A stretch of DNA of 64,000 bases. Origin: an uncultured Acidobacteriaceae bacterium (GTDB lineage: Bacteria; Acidobacteriota; Terriglobia; Terriglobales; Acidobacteriaceae). Where the stretch lies: assembly GCA_964243375.1 (NCBI GenBank), contig CAXTEE010000005.1:51006-115005 (forward strand). Reading direction: 5' to 3'. Shown here one piece after another: positions 9,459-20,500 of the stretch; the first letter of the stretch is position 1, and every line of letters begins with the position of its first letter. The notes under the pieces were generated by a model, which saw only the letters and a program-made list of their open reading frames with translations, ran no database searches and was not told the origin of the DNA. The position numbers and the translations under genes were made by a program.

Positions 9459-10784
9459 ATGAAGGCAATCCTTGTGCAGTCTTATGGAGGGCCGGAGGTA
9501 TTAACTCCCGCGCAGGTAGCCAACCCGGTGGCCGGTGCAGGTGAGGTGGTGGTGCGAGTGGCGGCCACTTCGGTTAACCCCTTCGATATGCTACGGCGGG
9601 CCGGCATCGTGCAGGCCGCTGCCCCGATCCATTTTCCCGGCATCATCGGCATTGATGTGGCGGGCACGGTGGTTGCTCTTGGCGAGGGCGTAACGACCCT
9701 GGCAGTTGGAGATCGGGTCTTTGGCATGGCCGACCAGACCTACGCCGAGCTTTGCGTTGTGAACGCGGATGCGCTGGCAAGCGTGCCGGCGGCCCTGGAC
9801 CTGATTGATTCGGCCGCACTCCCTGTGGTCGTAACTACAGGCTGCATGCTCGGCGAGGCAACCGGCATCGCCGCCGGACAGACCGTGCTGGTCACCGGAG
9901 CGGTCGGCAACGTGGGGCGAGCGGCGGTCTATACGTTGAAGCAGCGTGGCGCGCATGTAATCGCGGCCGTGTTAAAGAGCCAAATGGTGGAGGCCCGCAG
10001 CCTCGGTGCGGATCAGGTCGTCGCCACCGACGATCTGGAGGAGTTGGCGACTCTGCCCCCGCTTGACGCCGTGGCGGATACGGTGGGGCGCGCGATCGCG
10101 GAGACACTGATTGCGAAGGTGAAGCCGGGCGGCACGTTCGCCACGGTGCTGGGCGATCCGGCAGGTGCCGACAGCTATCCCGAGGTACGTGTTGCTGCCA
10201 TCTCCGCTGTGGCAAACCCGGAGATACTGCTCGCGATGGCAGAGGCCGTGCAAAGCGGTGGGCTCGTCATTCCTGTGGCCAGCCGGATGCCATTGGCCGA
10301 GGCGGCGAACGCCCACAGGCAGATCGCCGAAGGCAAGGTCCACGGAAAGGTGCTGCTCGTGGCCGACCCGGGCGACCCGGCGCGAGCTGAGGCAGAGACG
10401 GCCATTAAGGCGCTCCTGTCGGCGTACAACAAGGCCCTGAACGACTCGGACACAGAGGCCGTGCTGCCGCTGTACACCGCTGACGGCATCTTCATGGCAC
10501 CGTTCAGCCCCTCGTCGATCGGGCAGGCGGCTATCCGGAGAGCATACGATCGGGTGTTCGAAGAGCTGAAGTTCGACGTTGTGTTCACGGTGCTGGAGCT
10601 TGTGGTGCTCACGCCGGAGTACGCCTACGCCCGCACCGGATCCGCCGGCCAGACCACAAGTCCAGCGACCGGCAGGGCGAACTCCGAGGGCAACCAGGAG
10701 CTGTTTGTCTTCCGCAAGGATGCAGACGGGCGGTGGAAGATCGCGCGGTACAGTTTCTCACCGATCAGTCCGGTGAAGGCCTAG
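9459..10784 (+). CDS. NADPH-dependent MDR/quinone-oxidoreductase-like protein fused to a C-terminal SnoaL/DUF4440 domain
   Basis: MKAILVQSYGGPEVL, VLVTGAVGNVG, GKVLL, then AIKALLSAYNKALN...ELFVFRKDADGRWKIARY in the same frame. Confidence 0.85.
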   Translation: MKAILVQSYGGPEVLTPAQVANPVAGAGEVVVRVAATSVNPFDMLRRAGIVQAAAPIHFPGIIGIDVAGTVVALGEGVTTLAVGDRVFGMADQTYAELCVVNADALASVPAALDLIDSAALPVVVTTGCMLGEATGIAAGQTVLVTGAVGNVGRAAVYTLKQRGAHVIAAVLKSQMVEARSLGADQVVATDDLEELATLPPLDAVADTVGRAIAETLIAKVKPGGTFATVLGDPAGADSYPEVRVAAISAVANPEILLAMAEAVQSGGLVIPVASRMPLAEAANAHRQIAEGKVHGKVLLVADPGDPARAEAETAIKALLSAYNKALNDSDTEAVLPLYTADGIFMAPFSPSSIGQAAIRRAYDRVFEELKFDVVFTVLELVVLTPEYAYARTGSAGQTTSPATGRANSEGNQELFVFRKDADGRWKIARYSFSPISPVKA

Positions 10785-10906
10785 GGAAGTACTCGTGATG
10801 CTGTTCCGTTCGGTGAACAAGCGTACGCCAACGGCGGCAACGAGAGACAGGTGCCTGCGGTGCCCTGGGTTAGCTATGGCACTGCGAATGCCAAGGAGGA
10901 GCGAGG

Positions 10907-12415
10907 ATGGACAACGAAGCTTTGCAGACAGAAGAGAGCCCTGGAAGCACGCTGCAATGGGGATCGGCAAAGAACTGGATCGGTGGTCAGTGGAAAGACG
11001 CCGACCGCCGGAGCGAGAGCTTTAATCCGGCGACCGGAAAGTCGATCGGAAGCTATGCGGACGCCAGCCTTGAGGATGCGCAGCTGGCAACCGCAGCTGC
11101 TGTGAAGGCGTTCGCCGAAACGGAGTGGAAGACGAACCGCAAGCTCCGAGCCAGAGTGTTGAACCAGATCGCGGACCGTTTTGAAGCACGCGCAGCGGAG
11201 CTGATCGAGATCCTGTCACTTGAGAACGGCAAGGTACGCGACGAGGCCGCCTTTGAAGTCAACATGATCCCGAGCAAGTTTCGCTTCTGGGCCGCGCACG
11301 TGCTTACCGCGTATGGCCGTGCGATGGAAGTGGAGCCCGGACACGTCTCATTTGTGACTCGGTCGGCGATCGGCGTAGCTGCCGTAGTTGCTCCGTTCAA
11401 CTCGCCGCTGGTGCTCACGGTGCGATCGCTGGCGCCGGCTCTGGCCGCCGGCACCACCACTGTGATCAAGCTGCCGGGCAATACGGCCCAGGTCAACTAC
11501 GCTTTCAGCCAGGTTCTGGCGGAGGCGGCCGATCTGCCTGCTGGCGTTATCAATGTTTTCAGCGAGAGCGGAAGTGCAGGCTCAGTTTTTCTGACCGAAT
11601 CGCCGGACATCCGGGTCGTCAGCTTCACGGGCAGCACACGAACCGGCAAGATCATCTCCGCGGCCGGTGCCGCCACGTTGAAGCTGTTCCAGACAGAGCT
11701 CGGCGGCAAGACGCCGATGATTGTCTTCGACGATGCCGACCTCGCGCTGGCAGCACCGAAAATTGAAAAGGCGCTGACTACCTTTGCCGGCCAGTTCTGC
11801 ATGACCGGTTCAAGGCTGCTGGTGCAGCGCGGCATCGCAGACCAGATGCGCCAGCTCATGACGGAACGGCTAGGCAAGGTCAAGGCTGGCCCGGCGTCAA
11901 ATCCAAGCAGTGACATGGGCCCCATGATCGACAAGCCCAATGTGGCACGCGTGGACCGGATGGTGGAGGACGCTATTGCCGCCGGTGCCAAGGTGTTGCT
12001 GCGTGGCGGACCCGTTAAGGAAGGTCCGCTCGCCGCCGGTGCCTTCTATAACCCGACGCTGCTGGAGGTGACTGACTCCAAAATGCGCATCATGCAGGAC
12101 GAAGTCTTTGGCCCGGTGCTGACAATCATGATCTTCGACACGGAGGCGGAGGCAGTGGCGCTGGCCAACGACAGCGACTACGGGCTCGCTGCCAGTATCT
12201 GGACGCGCGATGTGGACCGGCCGCTGCGCATCGCAAGGGAGATCGACGCCGGCACCATCTGGATCAACGACTGGGCCGTAGTGTGGGACGAATTCGAGGA
12301 GGGCGGCTTCAAAGGCAGCGGCAACGGCCGGCTGAATGGCTTGAGTGCCATTGACGAGTTCCTCGAGTACAAGCACATCGCCTTTAAGTCCGGCACGCTG
12401 CACGACGCTGCGTAG
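10907..12415 (+). CDS. Aldehyde dehydrogenase
   Basis: FTGST, ELGGKTP, catalytic Cys (GQFCMTGSR), DEVFGPV. Confidence 0.95.
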   Translation: MDNEALQTEESPGSTLQWGSAKNWIGGQWKDADRRSESFNPATGKSIGSYADASLEDAQLATAAAVKAFAETEWKTNRKLRARVLNQIADRFEARAAELIEILSLENGKVRDEAAFEVNMIPSKFRFWAAHVLTAYGRAMEVEPGHVSFVTRSAIGVAAVVAPFNSPLVLTVRSLAPALAAGTTTVIKLPGNTAQVNYAFSQVLAEAADLPAGVINVFSESGSAGSVFLTESPDIRVVSFTGSTRTGKIISAAGAATLKLFQTELGGKTPMIVFDDADLALAAPKIEKALTTFAGQFCMTGSRLLVQRGIADQMRQLMTERLGKVKAGPASNPSSDMGPMIDKPNVARVDRMVEDAIAAGAKVLLRGGPVKEGPLAAGAFYNPTLLEVTDSKMRIMQDEVFGPVLTIMIFDTEAEAVALANDSDYGLAASIWTRDVDRPLRIAREIDAGTIWINDWAVVWDEFEEGGFKGSGNGRLNGLSAIDEFLEYKHIAFKSGTLHDAA

Positions 12416-12452
12416 CCACAACCAACAGAACCGCAGGTGCGAGGAGTTCCCT

Positions 12453-12914
12453 ATGACGAAGACGTCAGTTGAAGTTGTGAAGTCGCTGCTTGCCGGGCGG
12501 AAAGACATTGCGACCGTGCGCGCGCTGTGTACGCCAGATGTGACGTACGTCTCGCTGAACTACTCCAACCCCGATCTGCAGAAATCCATGCCGTGGTGCG
12601 GCACGTACCAGGGTGCCGAGGCATTGGTGAGTACGTTCGTGCGCGTGGAGGAGTTCTGGCATCTTGACGACTTTTCGCCGGAAGCCATCTTCGGCGATGA
12701 CGACCACGTCGCTGTCTTCGGCAGCTTTACGCTGACTTCCACCGTCCTGGGCAAAACAGCGACCTCGCCCTTTTCCATCTACTTCAAACTCACGGACGGC
12801 AAGATCTCCTACATGCAGTACATGGAAGACACCTTTGCGACATCGGCAACGTTCCGCTCTGGCGGCATGTGGACCTTTCGGAGCGATCCGGCGGGCGGTG
12901 AAGTCTCCGTTTAG
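12453..12914 (+). CDS. SnoaL/NTF2-like protein
   Basis: GAGGAG RBS, start MTKTSVEV; PWCGTYQG, VAVFGSFT, ISYMQYMEDT. Confidence 0.85.
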   Translation: MTKTSVEVVKSLLAGRKDIATVRALCTPDVTYVSLNYSNPDLQKSMPWCGTYQGAEALVSTFVRVEEFWHLDDFSPEAIFGDDDHVAVFGSFTLTSTVLGKTATSPFSIYFKLTDGKISYMQYMEDTFATSATFRSGGMWTFRSDPAGGEVSV

Positions 12915-13002
12915 GAGTGCGGACCGCCTTGCCTGGAAACTCGGCGCCGGCAGGCCTGATGGTCATTCGCTTAACTTACGTTCAGACGAAAGGCGGATTT
13001 TG

Positions 13003-13911
13003 ATGAAGGCGAGTGTCATGCACGAATACGGCGGGCCAGAGGTCATGCGGTACGAAGACTTCCCGGACCCCATCGCGGGAGACGGAGAGGTCCTGATACG
13101 CGTTGCCGCGGCCAGCGTAAATCCTGTCGACCTGATGCAACGGTCCGGCGCTACGGCGGCGTACATGCCGGTTCAGTTCCCAGGGGTTATCGGCTGGGAT
13201 GTCAGCGGCACTGTGGAAGCGCTCGGACCCGGGGCCACACAGTTCGAGGTCGGCGACCGCGTGATGGCGTGGGCGTTCCACACCTTTGCTGAATTGGTCA
13301 CGGTCAAGGCCGAACTGCTGGCCCGTGTGCCAGAAGGAGTAGATCTGGTGGACGCAGCAGCGCTGCCGCTGGTGGCGACCACTGGCAGTCAGCTCATCTC
13401 AATCGCCAGCGGAATTGAACCAGGACAGACGGTGTTGGTCTCGGGCGCCAACGGCGGCGTGGGTCGCAGCGCTGTGTTCACCGCACTTGATCGTGGGGCG
13501 CGAGTGATCGCGGGTGTCACGAAGAAGCAAGCGGCGGAAGCACAGAGTCTCCGGGCGAAGGAGATTGTGGCTCTTGACGATGCCGCAGCCTTTGCAGCAC
13601 TCGGAGAGGTGGACATCGTTGCCAACTGCGTCCGGGGCGAGACCGCGGAGAAGTTGATGGGCAAGGTGAAATCCGGCGGCACCTTCGCTTCTGTCACGGG
13701 AAGGCCGGCGAACGCGACGGAGTTTCCCTCAGTTCGGGTGGTGGAGTTCGTATCGAAGCAGAGCCCGCAGGTGATGGCGTACATGGCGGAAGCCGTCCGT
13801 GCGGGCAAGGTAGCAATCGCAATCGATCGCAGGATCCCGCTGAGCGAAGCATCTGCTGGTATGGAAGCAGTAGCCCGGGGTGGCATCGGAAAGGTGCTGC
13901 TGCTTCCCTGA
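13003..13911 (+). CDS. NADP-dependent MDR oxidoreductase, paralog of the 9459 N-terminal domain
   Basis: MKASVMHEYGGPEV, VLVSGANGGVG, GKVLL. Confidence 0.9.
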   Translation: MKASVMHEYGGPEVMRYEDFPDPIAGDGEVLIRVAAASVNPVDLMQRSGATAAYMPVQFPGVIGWDVSGTVEALGPGATQFEVGDRVMAWAFHTFAELVTVKAELLARVPEGVDLVDAAALPLVATTGSQLISIASGIEPGQTVLVSGANGGVGRSAVFTALDRGARVIAGVTKKQAAEAQSLRAKEIVALDDAAAFAALGEVDIVANCVRGETAEKLMGKVKSGGTFASVTGRPANATEFPSVRVVEFVSKQSPQVMAYMAEAVRAGKVAIAIDRRIPLSEASAGMEAVARGGIGKVLLLP

Positions 13912-13968
13912 GAGTGGCCAGGACAACCTGCTGCAGGATGGCAGCAGAATCGCAAAGGAGAAGAAGCA

Positions 13969-14319
13969 ATGAGTACACATCACGCCGGCATCAATCCTGC
14001 CGCGTTGCCCAGCGGAAATGGCTGTGTGGAGTGTCTGGCCAGCGATGGCTGGTGGCTGCACCTTCGGCGCTGCGCGGAGTGCGGGCACGTCGGCTGCTGC
14101 GATAGTTCGCCCGGCCAACATGGCTCCAGGCACGCAGCCGAAACCGGCCATGCAATCGCTGCCAGCTTTGAGCCGGGCGAGAGCTGGTTCTGGAACTACC
14201 AGACCGCGCGCATGGTGCCGGGAGTTGAGCTCGCACCGCCACGGGCACATCCCAGTGCGCAGCCCACACCCGGGCCAGCCGGGAAGGTACCCCGGGACTG
14301 GCAGTCCAGACTTCACTAA
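13969..14319 (+). CDS. UBP-type zinc finger protein
   Basis: CVEC..WLHLRRCAECGHVGCCDSSPGQHGSRH..SFEPGESW. Confidence 0.9.
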   Translation: MSTHHAGINPAALPSGNGCVECLASDGWWLHLRRCAECGHVGCCDSSPGQHGSRHAAETGHAIAASFEPGESWFWNYQTARMVPGVELAPPRAHPSAQPTPGPAGKVPRDWQSRLH

Positions 14320-14345
14320 CGTCTGCCACAGCAAAGGAGAATCCG

Positions 14346-14633
14346 ATGTCCGGTGCACTGCAAGCAGGCGATCGCATTCGCTTGCACTTTCTCGATGCAC
14401 CCGGTCACACGAAAGACGTGACCGTGTGTGCCACGCTCTCTGACCAGCAGGAGGGTCTGGCTCCAGAGATCTCCGACTATGTTGCGTGCTGGCTGGAGGT
14501 GAGCGTGGGCACTTGTGCAGATGCAGGGGAGCGCTTGTCCATCAGCCTGGGAACTGACTTTCAGTATTCGCTGGATGGTCGCTATCTCACGATTGAAAAA
14601 CTTGCAGGTCAGCAGGGAGGTATAAAGCCATGA
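14346..14633 (+). CDS. Hypothetical protein
   Basis: AAGGAG RBS; ATGA overlap with the next gene. Confidence 0.65.
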   Translation: MSGALQAGDRIRLHFLDAPGHTKDVTVCATLSDQQEGLAPEISDYVACWLEVSVGTCADAGERLSISLGTDFQYSLDGRYLTIEKLAGQQGGIKP

Positions 14634-16300
14634 ACTCACCCCCGAATGCTCAGGATCAGGCCACAGCTTCGCAGACCAACCCGATCCTGAGCCAGGAGGC
14701 GTTGGCACGTGTGAGCCACTATGGGGTGACCACCGCAGTCGAGGCGGGCGTGACCGTTGTTGCGCAGGGCGAGCCCATGGAACGCTTTCTGGTCATCCTG
14801 GACGGCGAGCTGGCGGTCGAGCAGAGTCATCGGGACCGGACGGAGCATGTGCTGACGCATGCACGGGGTCAGTTCTTCGGCGATGTCCACTCGCTCTCGG
14901 GGCGGCCGAGCCTGGTCTCCGGCCGCATGCTGACGCCGGGGCACATCGTCACACTGAACCGGGCGGCTCTGAAGCAACTGATGCAGAGTGACAGCGAGCT
15001 GGGTGAGATCTTCATGCGAGCTTTTATTCTGCGTCGTATTGAGCTGCTGGCCACCTCGGCGGGCGACGCTATCGTGCTGGGCTCTCACAACTCCAGCGGA
15101 ACGCTGCGCATACGCGACTTCCTGATGCGCAACGGGCATCCTTTCTCCTTTGTCGACCTGGACAGGGACGAAGGCGTGCAAAGCATGCTGGACGAGTTTC
15201 AGGTCTGCGTGGAAGACATCCCGGTGCTCATCTGCGGTGGCCGCTATGTGCTGAAGAACCCCTCCAACGAGGAGATCGCGGACTGCCTGGGCTTCAATAG
15301 CAGCATCGATGAGCTGGAAATTCGGGACATCACCATAGTCGGCGCAGGACCTGCGGGTCTCTCCGCGGCGGTGTACGCAGCGTCTGAGGGTTTGTCGGCG
15401 CTGGTATTGGAGACCAAGGCGCCGGGCGGGCAGGCGGGGTCAAGCTCGCGCATTGAAAACTATCTCGGGTTCCCGAACGGCATCTCCGGTCTCGAGCTGG
15501 CAAACCGGGCGTTCACGCAGGCTGAGAAATTTGGTGCGGAGCTCCTGGTCGCGCGCTCGGCGGTACAGCTGTCGTGCGCCACCAAGCCCTTTGGCCTGAT
15601 CACGACGGGCAACTCCGTTCTTCGCACGAAGACGATCGTGATTGCCACGGGCGCGCAGTACCGCAAGTTGCCGCTTGAAAACCTAAGCGCATATGAAGGG
15701 GTAGGCGTGTACTACAGCGCGTCGACCCTGGAAGCGCAGATGTGTCAGAGCACTGAGGTCATCGTCGTCGGTGGAGGAAACTCCGCTGGACAGGCCGCCG
15801 TGTTTCTGTCGACCGACGCGCTGCACGTGCATATTCTGATTCGCGGCGCTTACCTGGCAGACACCATGTCGAAGTACCTGATCCGCCGCATTGAAGAGAG
15901 CCCCAACATCACGTTACACCCACATACGGAGGTGGTTGCGCTGCACGGAGAGGGTCACCTGGAGCGTGTGACCTGGAAGAGCAATACGACTGGCGCGATC
16001 GAAGACCACGCGATTCGGCACGTCTACCTCATGACCGGTGCCAGCCCCAACACAAATTGGCTGCGGGACTGCGTGGCACTGGACGAGAGAGGCTTTGTGC
16101 TTACCGGCGCGGATCTGACGCCAGAACACCTGCAGGATGCGAGTTGGCCGCTGCCGCGTAAACCCTATCTGCTGGAGACCAGCATTCCAGGCGTCTTTGC
16201 TGCGGGGGATGTACGCGCTAACAGCGTCAAGCGCGTGGCCTCTGGCGTCGGCGAGGGGTCACTGGCCATCAGCTTCATCCACAAAGTCCTGACTGAGTAG
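14630..16300 (+). CDS. cNMP-binding-domain FAD-dependent oxidoreductase (TrxB-like, no CxxC)
   Basis: N-terminal cNMP domain (GQFFGDV..GRPS); GAGPAG, GGQAGSSSRIENYLGFP, GGGNSAGQAA, GVFAAGD. Confidence 0.9.
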   Translation: MNSPPNAQDQATASQTNPILSQEALARVSHYGVTTAVEAGVTVVAQGEPMERFLVILDGELAVEQSHRDRTEHVLTHARGQFFGDVHSLSGRPSLVSGRMLTPGHIVTLNRAALKQLMQSDSELGEIFMRAFILRRIELLATSAGDAIVLGSHNSSGTLRIRDFLMRNGHPFSFVDLDRDEGVQSMLDEFQVCVEDIPVLICGGRYVLKNPSNEEIADCLGFNSSIDELEIRDITIVGAGPAGLSAAVYAASEGLSALVLETKAPGGQAGSSSRIENYLGFPNGISGLELANRAFTQAEKFGAELLVARSAVQLSCATKPFGLITTGNSVLRTKTIVIATGAQYRKLPLENLSAYEGVGVYYSASTLEAQMCQSTEVIVVGGGNSAGQAAVFLSTDALHVHILIRGAYLADTMSKYLIRRIEESPNITLHPHTEVVALHGEGHLERVTWKSNTTGAIEDHAIRHVYLMTGASPNTNWLRDCVALDERGFVLTGADLTPEHLQDASWPLPRKPYLLETSIPGVFAAGDVRANSVKRVASGVGEGSLAISFIHKVLTE

Positions 16301-16329
16301 CAGTCGCCGCACACCGAGGCGAGAGAATG

Positions 16330-17245
16330 AGGAGCTGCAACAGGTCAGCACAGTCCCGGAGTTGGTCGACGCAGGTCTGGACCCGTCAGTGGGTGTACTC
16401 GAGGTCACTTGCGATCTCGAAGGGGTTCCCTCTCTCCAGCTCTTGCCCGGCCGAACTATTCGGAGTCGGCATGGGGAGCAGTTCACCCTACGATTCATCC
16501 CGGGTCTGGATGGCCTGCGGCTTTCGACTGACAACCGTGTTCTTCGCTTGCGCTCTACACCTCCCGGATAGACGCGCGGCGTGGAACGACGACGCCGTCC
16601 CGAACCTCGGCACGACTCACTTGGAGGATCTGATCACGGTAGCCCAGGTTCTTGTGCTGCAGGGCGCTTTCACGTTGTGGAACATGCAAGTGGATGAGTG
16701 CGTCGTGCTTACAGCCAACCTCTTGGGGACCTCGACAGGGCGGGCGGGCAGGCCGGTGCATCAGCGGCGGTGTCTCTTGCCATTTACGGCGCGTCGGTCA
16801 CCTGGTCCGTACTGCGGGACCGGTGATTACCTCTGGGCCGAACGACATGGCCTTTGATAACTGGGGCTCGGTCGAGCGCTGGATCGCCACCGGACAGGTA
16901 TGTACGTATGGCCCGAGCGGCATCGGCTTTGTGTATTTCGGCACCCTGGGCCTGCTGCCTTGCAAAGGCCCGATCGTAACCTTTGACGCGGGAGCACGCG
17001 GGTTCAACGTCTACACCGGCACGGTACGCCCGGCGGACTTCGGCCGCGTCGTCACGCAGTGGGATGGGGTCGTGGGTGTACGGATTGCGCAGCCTATTGG
17101 GGAAGTGGAAGTGCGCTGCGGTGTCGAGACCTTCGGTGCAAGGGGCCCCTCGCTAGTGAAGGACACGCTTCAGACCCTGTCGGCGGTTGCACTCAGCATC
17201 AAGCGGGGCGGTTCGGCGAAGCGTATTCGCCTGCATGCGGGCTAA
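16330..17245 (+). pseudogene. Frameshifted remnant of a Gly-rich beta-strand-repeat protein
   Basis: Protein-like segments in three frames (VSTVPELVDAGLDP..., AAWNDDAVPNLGTT..., GPSGIGFVYFG..GARGFNVYTG..GPSLVKD); family assignment from memory only. Confidence 0.45.
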
Positions 17246-17546
17246 GAACTCACGGCGGAAGAACGCAGCCGCTGGAGCAATTGGGATCGGATCAATCGTT
17301 CCAGGTAACTGGCGGCTTCGTCACGCCGCAGGATCCCGGGTTGCCACTGGTTCACGAATCACTCCGCACCTGATTGTTCGCGCAGCGAGCGAAGGAATCG
17401 CAGGGGAGCGAACGTCTGCGATAGTTGCCTATACTTCCTATGTGAACTCTGGAGACGAACTCGCATCAAGGAGCCAGGGAAGCGCTTGCAACTCGAATCG
17501 ACTACGATCTCCAGGAAGCAGCGAGTTGAGTGGCTTCCCAAGCCAG

Positions 17547-20500
17547 ATGCAAAGAGCATGGGCAAGTAGCTGCCTGGTCGGATGGGCGATCTGTGCCCTG
17601 CTGCTCACCCTGAGCGCCGCAGCGCAACGAACCCAGACGATTCGGCAGATGGTTCACGCGACCTGGACGGGGCGCAACGGCGCACCTCAGGGCATTACGG
17701 CCCTTGCCCAAACACCAGACGGCCGGCTCTGGATCGGTACGGTCGCAGGTCTGTACTCCTTTGATGGGTACGCCTTCAGACGATTTCCTCTCCCCACATC
17801 ATCGGGGGTCTCTGTGATCTCCCGCAAGGTACAGTCTCTGTTCGTTTCACGGGAGGGTGGGCTGTGGGTGATCGGACTGGCGAAAGGTGCGGTGTACATC
17901 AAGGACGGAGTGGGCCAAGATGCGGGCCTGTTCGAAGGCAAGCACGCTCGCTTCGACAGTCTTCAGGAGACTGCCGCCGGGCGGACGTGGGCGATCCTGA
18001 ATGACCACTCGATCGCCTGGTGCGATCGGGATCACGTCTGGCACACCACGATAGGTCCGGTAGCGCAACCGATCCTAGTTTCGGGCATCTTTCTCGATTC
18101 TGATGAGACCTTTTGGGCGGTAATTGACGATCATCTCTATCGACGCGCAGTCACCGCCGCGGCATTCACCGAAACGAGCGTTATCGCGGAGGGTGGCATT
18201 CACTTTGCAGAGTCCGCGGATCGAACGCTATGGCTCGTCGGGCAAATGTCGAAACGCTACAAAGGGGAGATACGCGGCGTTGATCTCCGTCATCTGGATC
18301 TCGATGGTCGCGCGCTCACCTTTCCGTTCACTCACAGCGACGTCAACGCGATCCTGGTCTCTCGTGGTGGCGCTTTGTGGATTCTGGAGAACGATATTGG
18401 AGCCTACGGAGACCGAACTCCGGGGTTGACGAGGCATGAATGGAGCGCGAAGGCCTGGCAAACTGATCACATCACAAGCGCCCAGGGGCTTGGAGACAGT
18501 GACTCGCACGCAATGATCGAAGATGCCGATGGCAGCATCTGGATTGGCGGCGAGCGGCAACTGGAGAGATTTCGTCCTTCGACCTTGGTGCCGCTCGACC
18601 CGGGTCGTGTAGGCAGTTCGTGGATACTTTGCGCGAATCCCCGCGGGGGATTATGGGTTGGCAGCCGTTCCGGGCTTCTGATGCACGTGTCAGATGGAAA
18701 GCAGGTCCAGGTGCATGGGCAGGACGGGCCGTACAAGCTCGTGTGCCGCAATGACGAGAGCGCATGGATGCTGGACGCCCGCGGCCTGTCGCTTATCCAG
18801 GGAACAAGCATTCATCGCCTGCCACTTCTCTCCGGTCACGGGCCCTACCTCGATAACTGGGGGTTTTCGGATGTTCTCGAGACCAACGATCACCGCCTGA
18901 TCGTTGCGGAGCATGGCGCCAGCGAGTCGAAGCTCTGGGAGTTTCAACGCGGCAAGTGGCGGCCCTTTTCTCCCGAACTCAATGGAGTTCCCATTCACGC
19001 TTCTGTTGAGAGAGCGACAGGGGAACTCTTGTTCGGAGGCCTGGATGATTCCCTTTTCTCCGTTGAAGGCGAACACTCCAGACGAGTACCCGTGCTTGGC
19101 GGAACGTTGGGAAATATCTTGGCATTTCAGCAGACTTCGACAGATGTCTTTGCCCTAGGTGCAGATGGAATTGCCGTCTACAGATCAGGTGCCTTCCATC
19201 GCCTGCTATTTGCCCTGCCAGAGAATGCCGAGATGGTGTCCGGTATGGTGCAAGCGCAGGAGGGTGATACGTGGCTTAACGGCCGGAATGGCATCGTTCA
19301 TGTTGCTGCAGCTGAGTTGGACGCCGCGCTTGCGGATCCGAAGCACCGAATCGTTAGTTCAGAGCTTCACGAAGGTGACTTCGTAGGACCGTCGATCTCA
19401 GGCATCACCTCCTCTTCAGCTGTGAAGGATGGCGAGGGAACAGTATGGTTTGGCACTTTGAACGGCGTAGTGTCTCTTGAACAGACCGCTGCGAAACTAC
19501 CTGTAAAGGCACCGGATCTTCACCTCGAAACGGCCGACGCAGATGGCCGGACCTTTTCAGATCGGGCATCGTTGCCGCCTCATGTTGCCACTGTACGCAT
19601 CCGGTACCTGGGCCTCAATCTGACCCGGCCAGAAGACGTGGTCTACAGCTATCAGATGCAGGGCGTGGATCGGGATTGGCAGAGCGTCGGGCGACGCACA
19701 GAGGCTGTGTACACGGGCCTGAAGCCAGCCGTATACCGCTTTCTCGTAAAAGCCTCTTATGGCGACGGCAACTGGACGCAGCCAGTCGAGCTGAGCTTTC
19801 AGGTACTCCCAGCTTTCTATCAGACCTGGTGGTTCGCCCTGCTCTGCGCGCTGACATGCCTCTTGTTTGTTACCGTGCTTGTCTGGCTCAGGCTACGATT
19901 TCTGGCCAGGTCCATTCAGGAGCGTGCTGAGCAAAGGGCCGATGAACGCATCCGCATTGCGCGCGATCTTCACGATACTCTGCTCCAGGGCATGCAGGGC
20001 CTGCTGATGAGCTTCCATGTCGCCGCTCAATCCGTTCCTACGGAGAGTAAACCGCGTGCATTGCTTGAGAGAGCTCTGCAATCGGCAGACCGCTTGCTCG
20101 TGGAAGGTAGAAACCGGGTTACTTCTCTGCGCGGCGAGGACTTGACGGTGGGTGCGGACCTGCTGACGTCTCTGAGACGTGCCGGGCAGGAACTGAACGG
20201 TGGTGATTACAAAATCTTCCATGCCACCAGCGACGGAGAGCCACGCCCGATGCAATCCGTCGCTCTTGGAGAGCTCTTCTTTGTTGGCCGAGAAGCCCTG
20301 ACCAACGCGTATCGGCACTCTGGCGCGACCCGGATTGAGCTTGCACTGCATTACGGCCCAAAGAAGTTCACGATGATCTGCATGGACAATGGCCAAGGCA
20401 TCAGAGCAGACGTGTCCGCTTCGCCTAGAGAGCATTGGGGAATTACAGGCATGATCGAACGTGTTCAGCGGCTTGGCGGGACCTGCAACATCGAAAGTCA

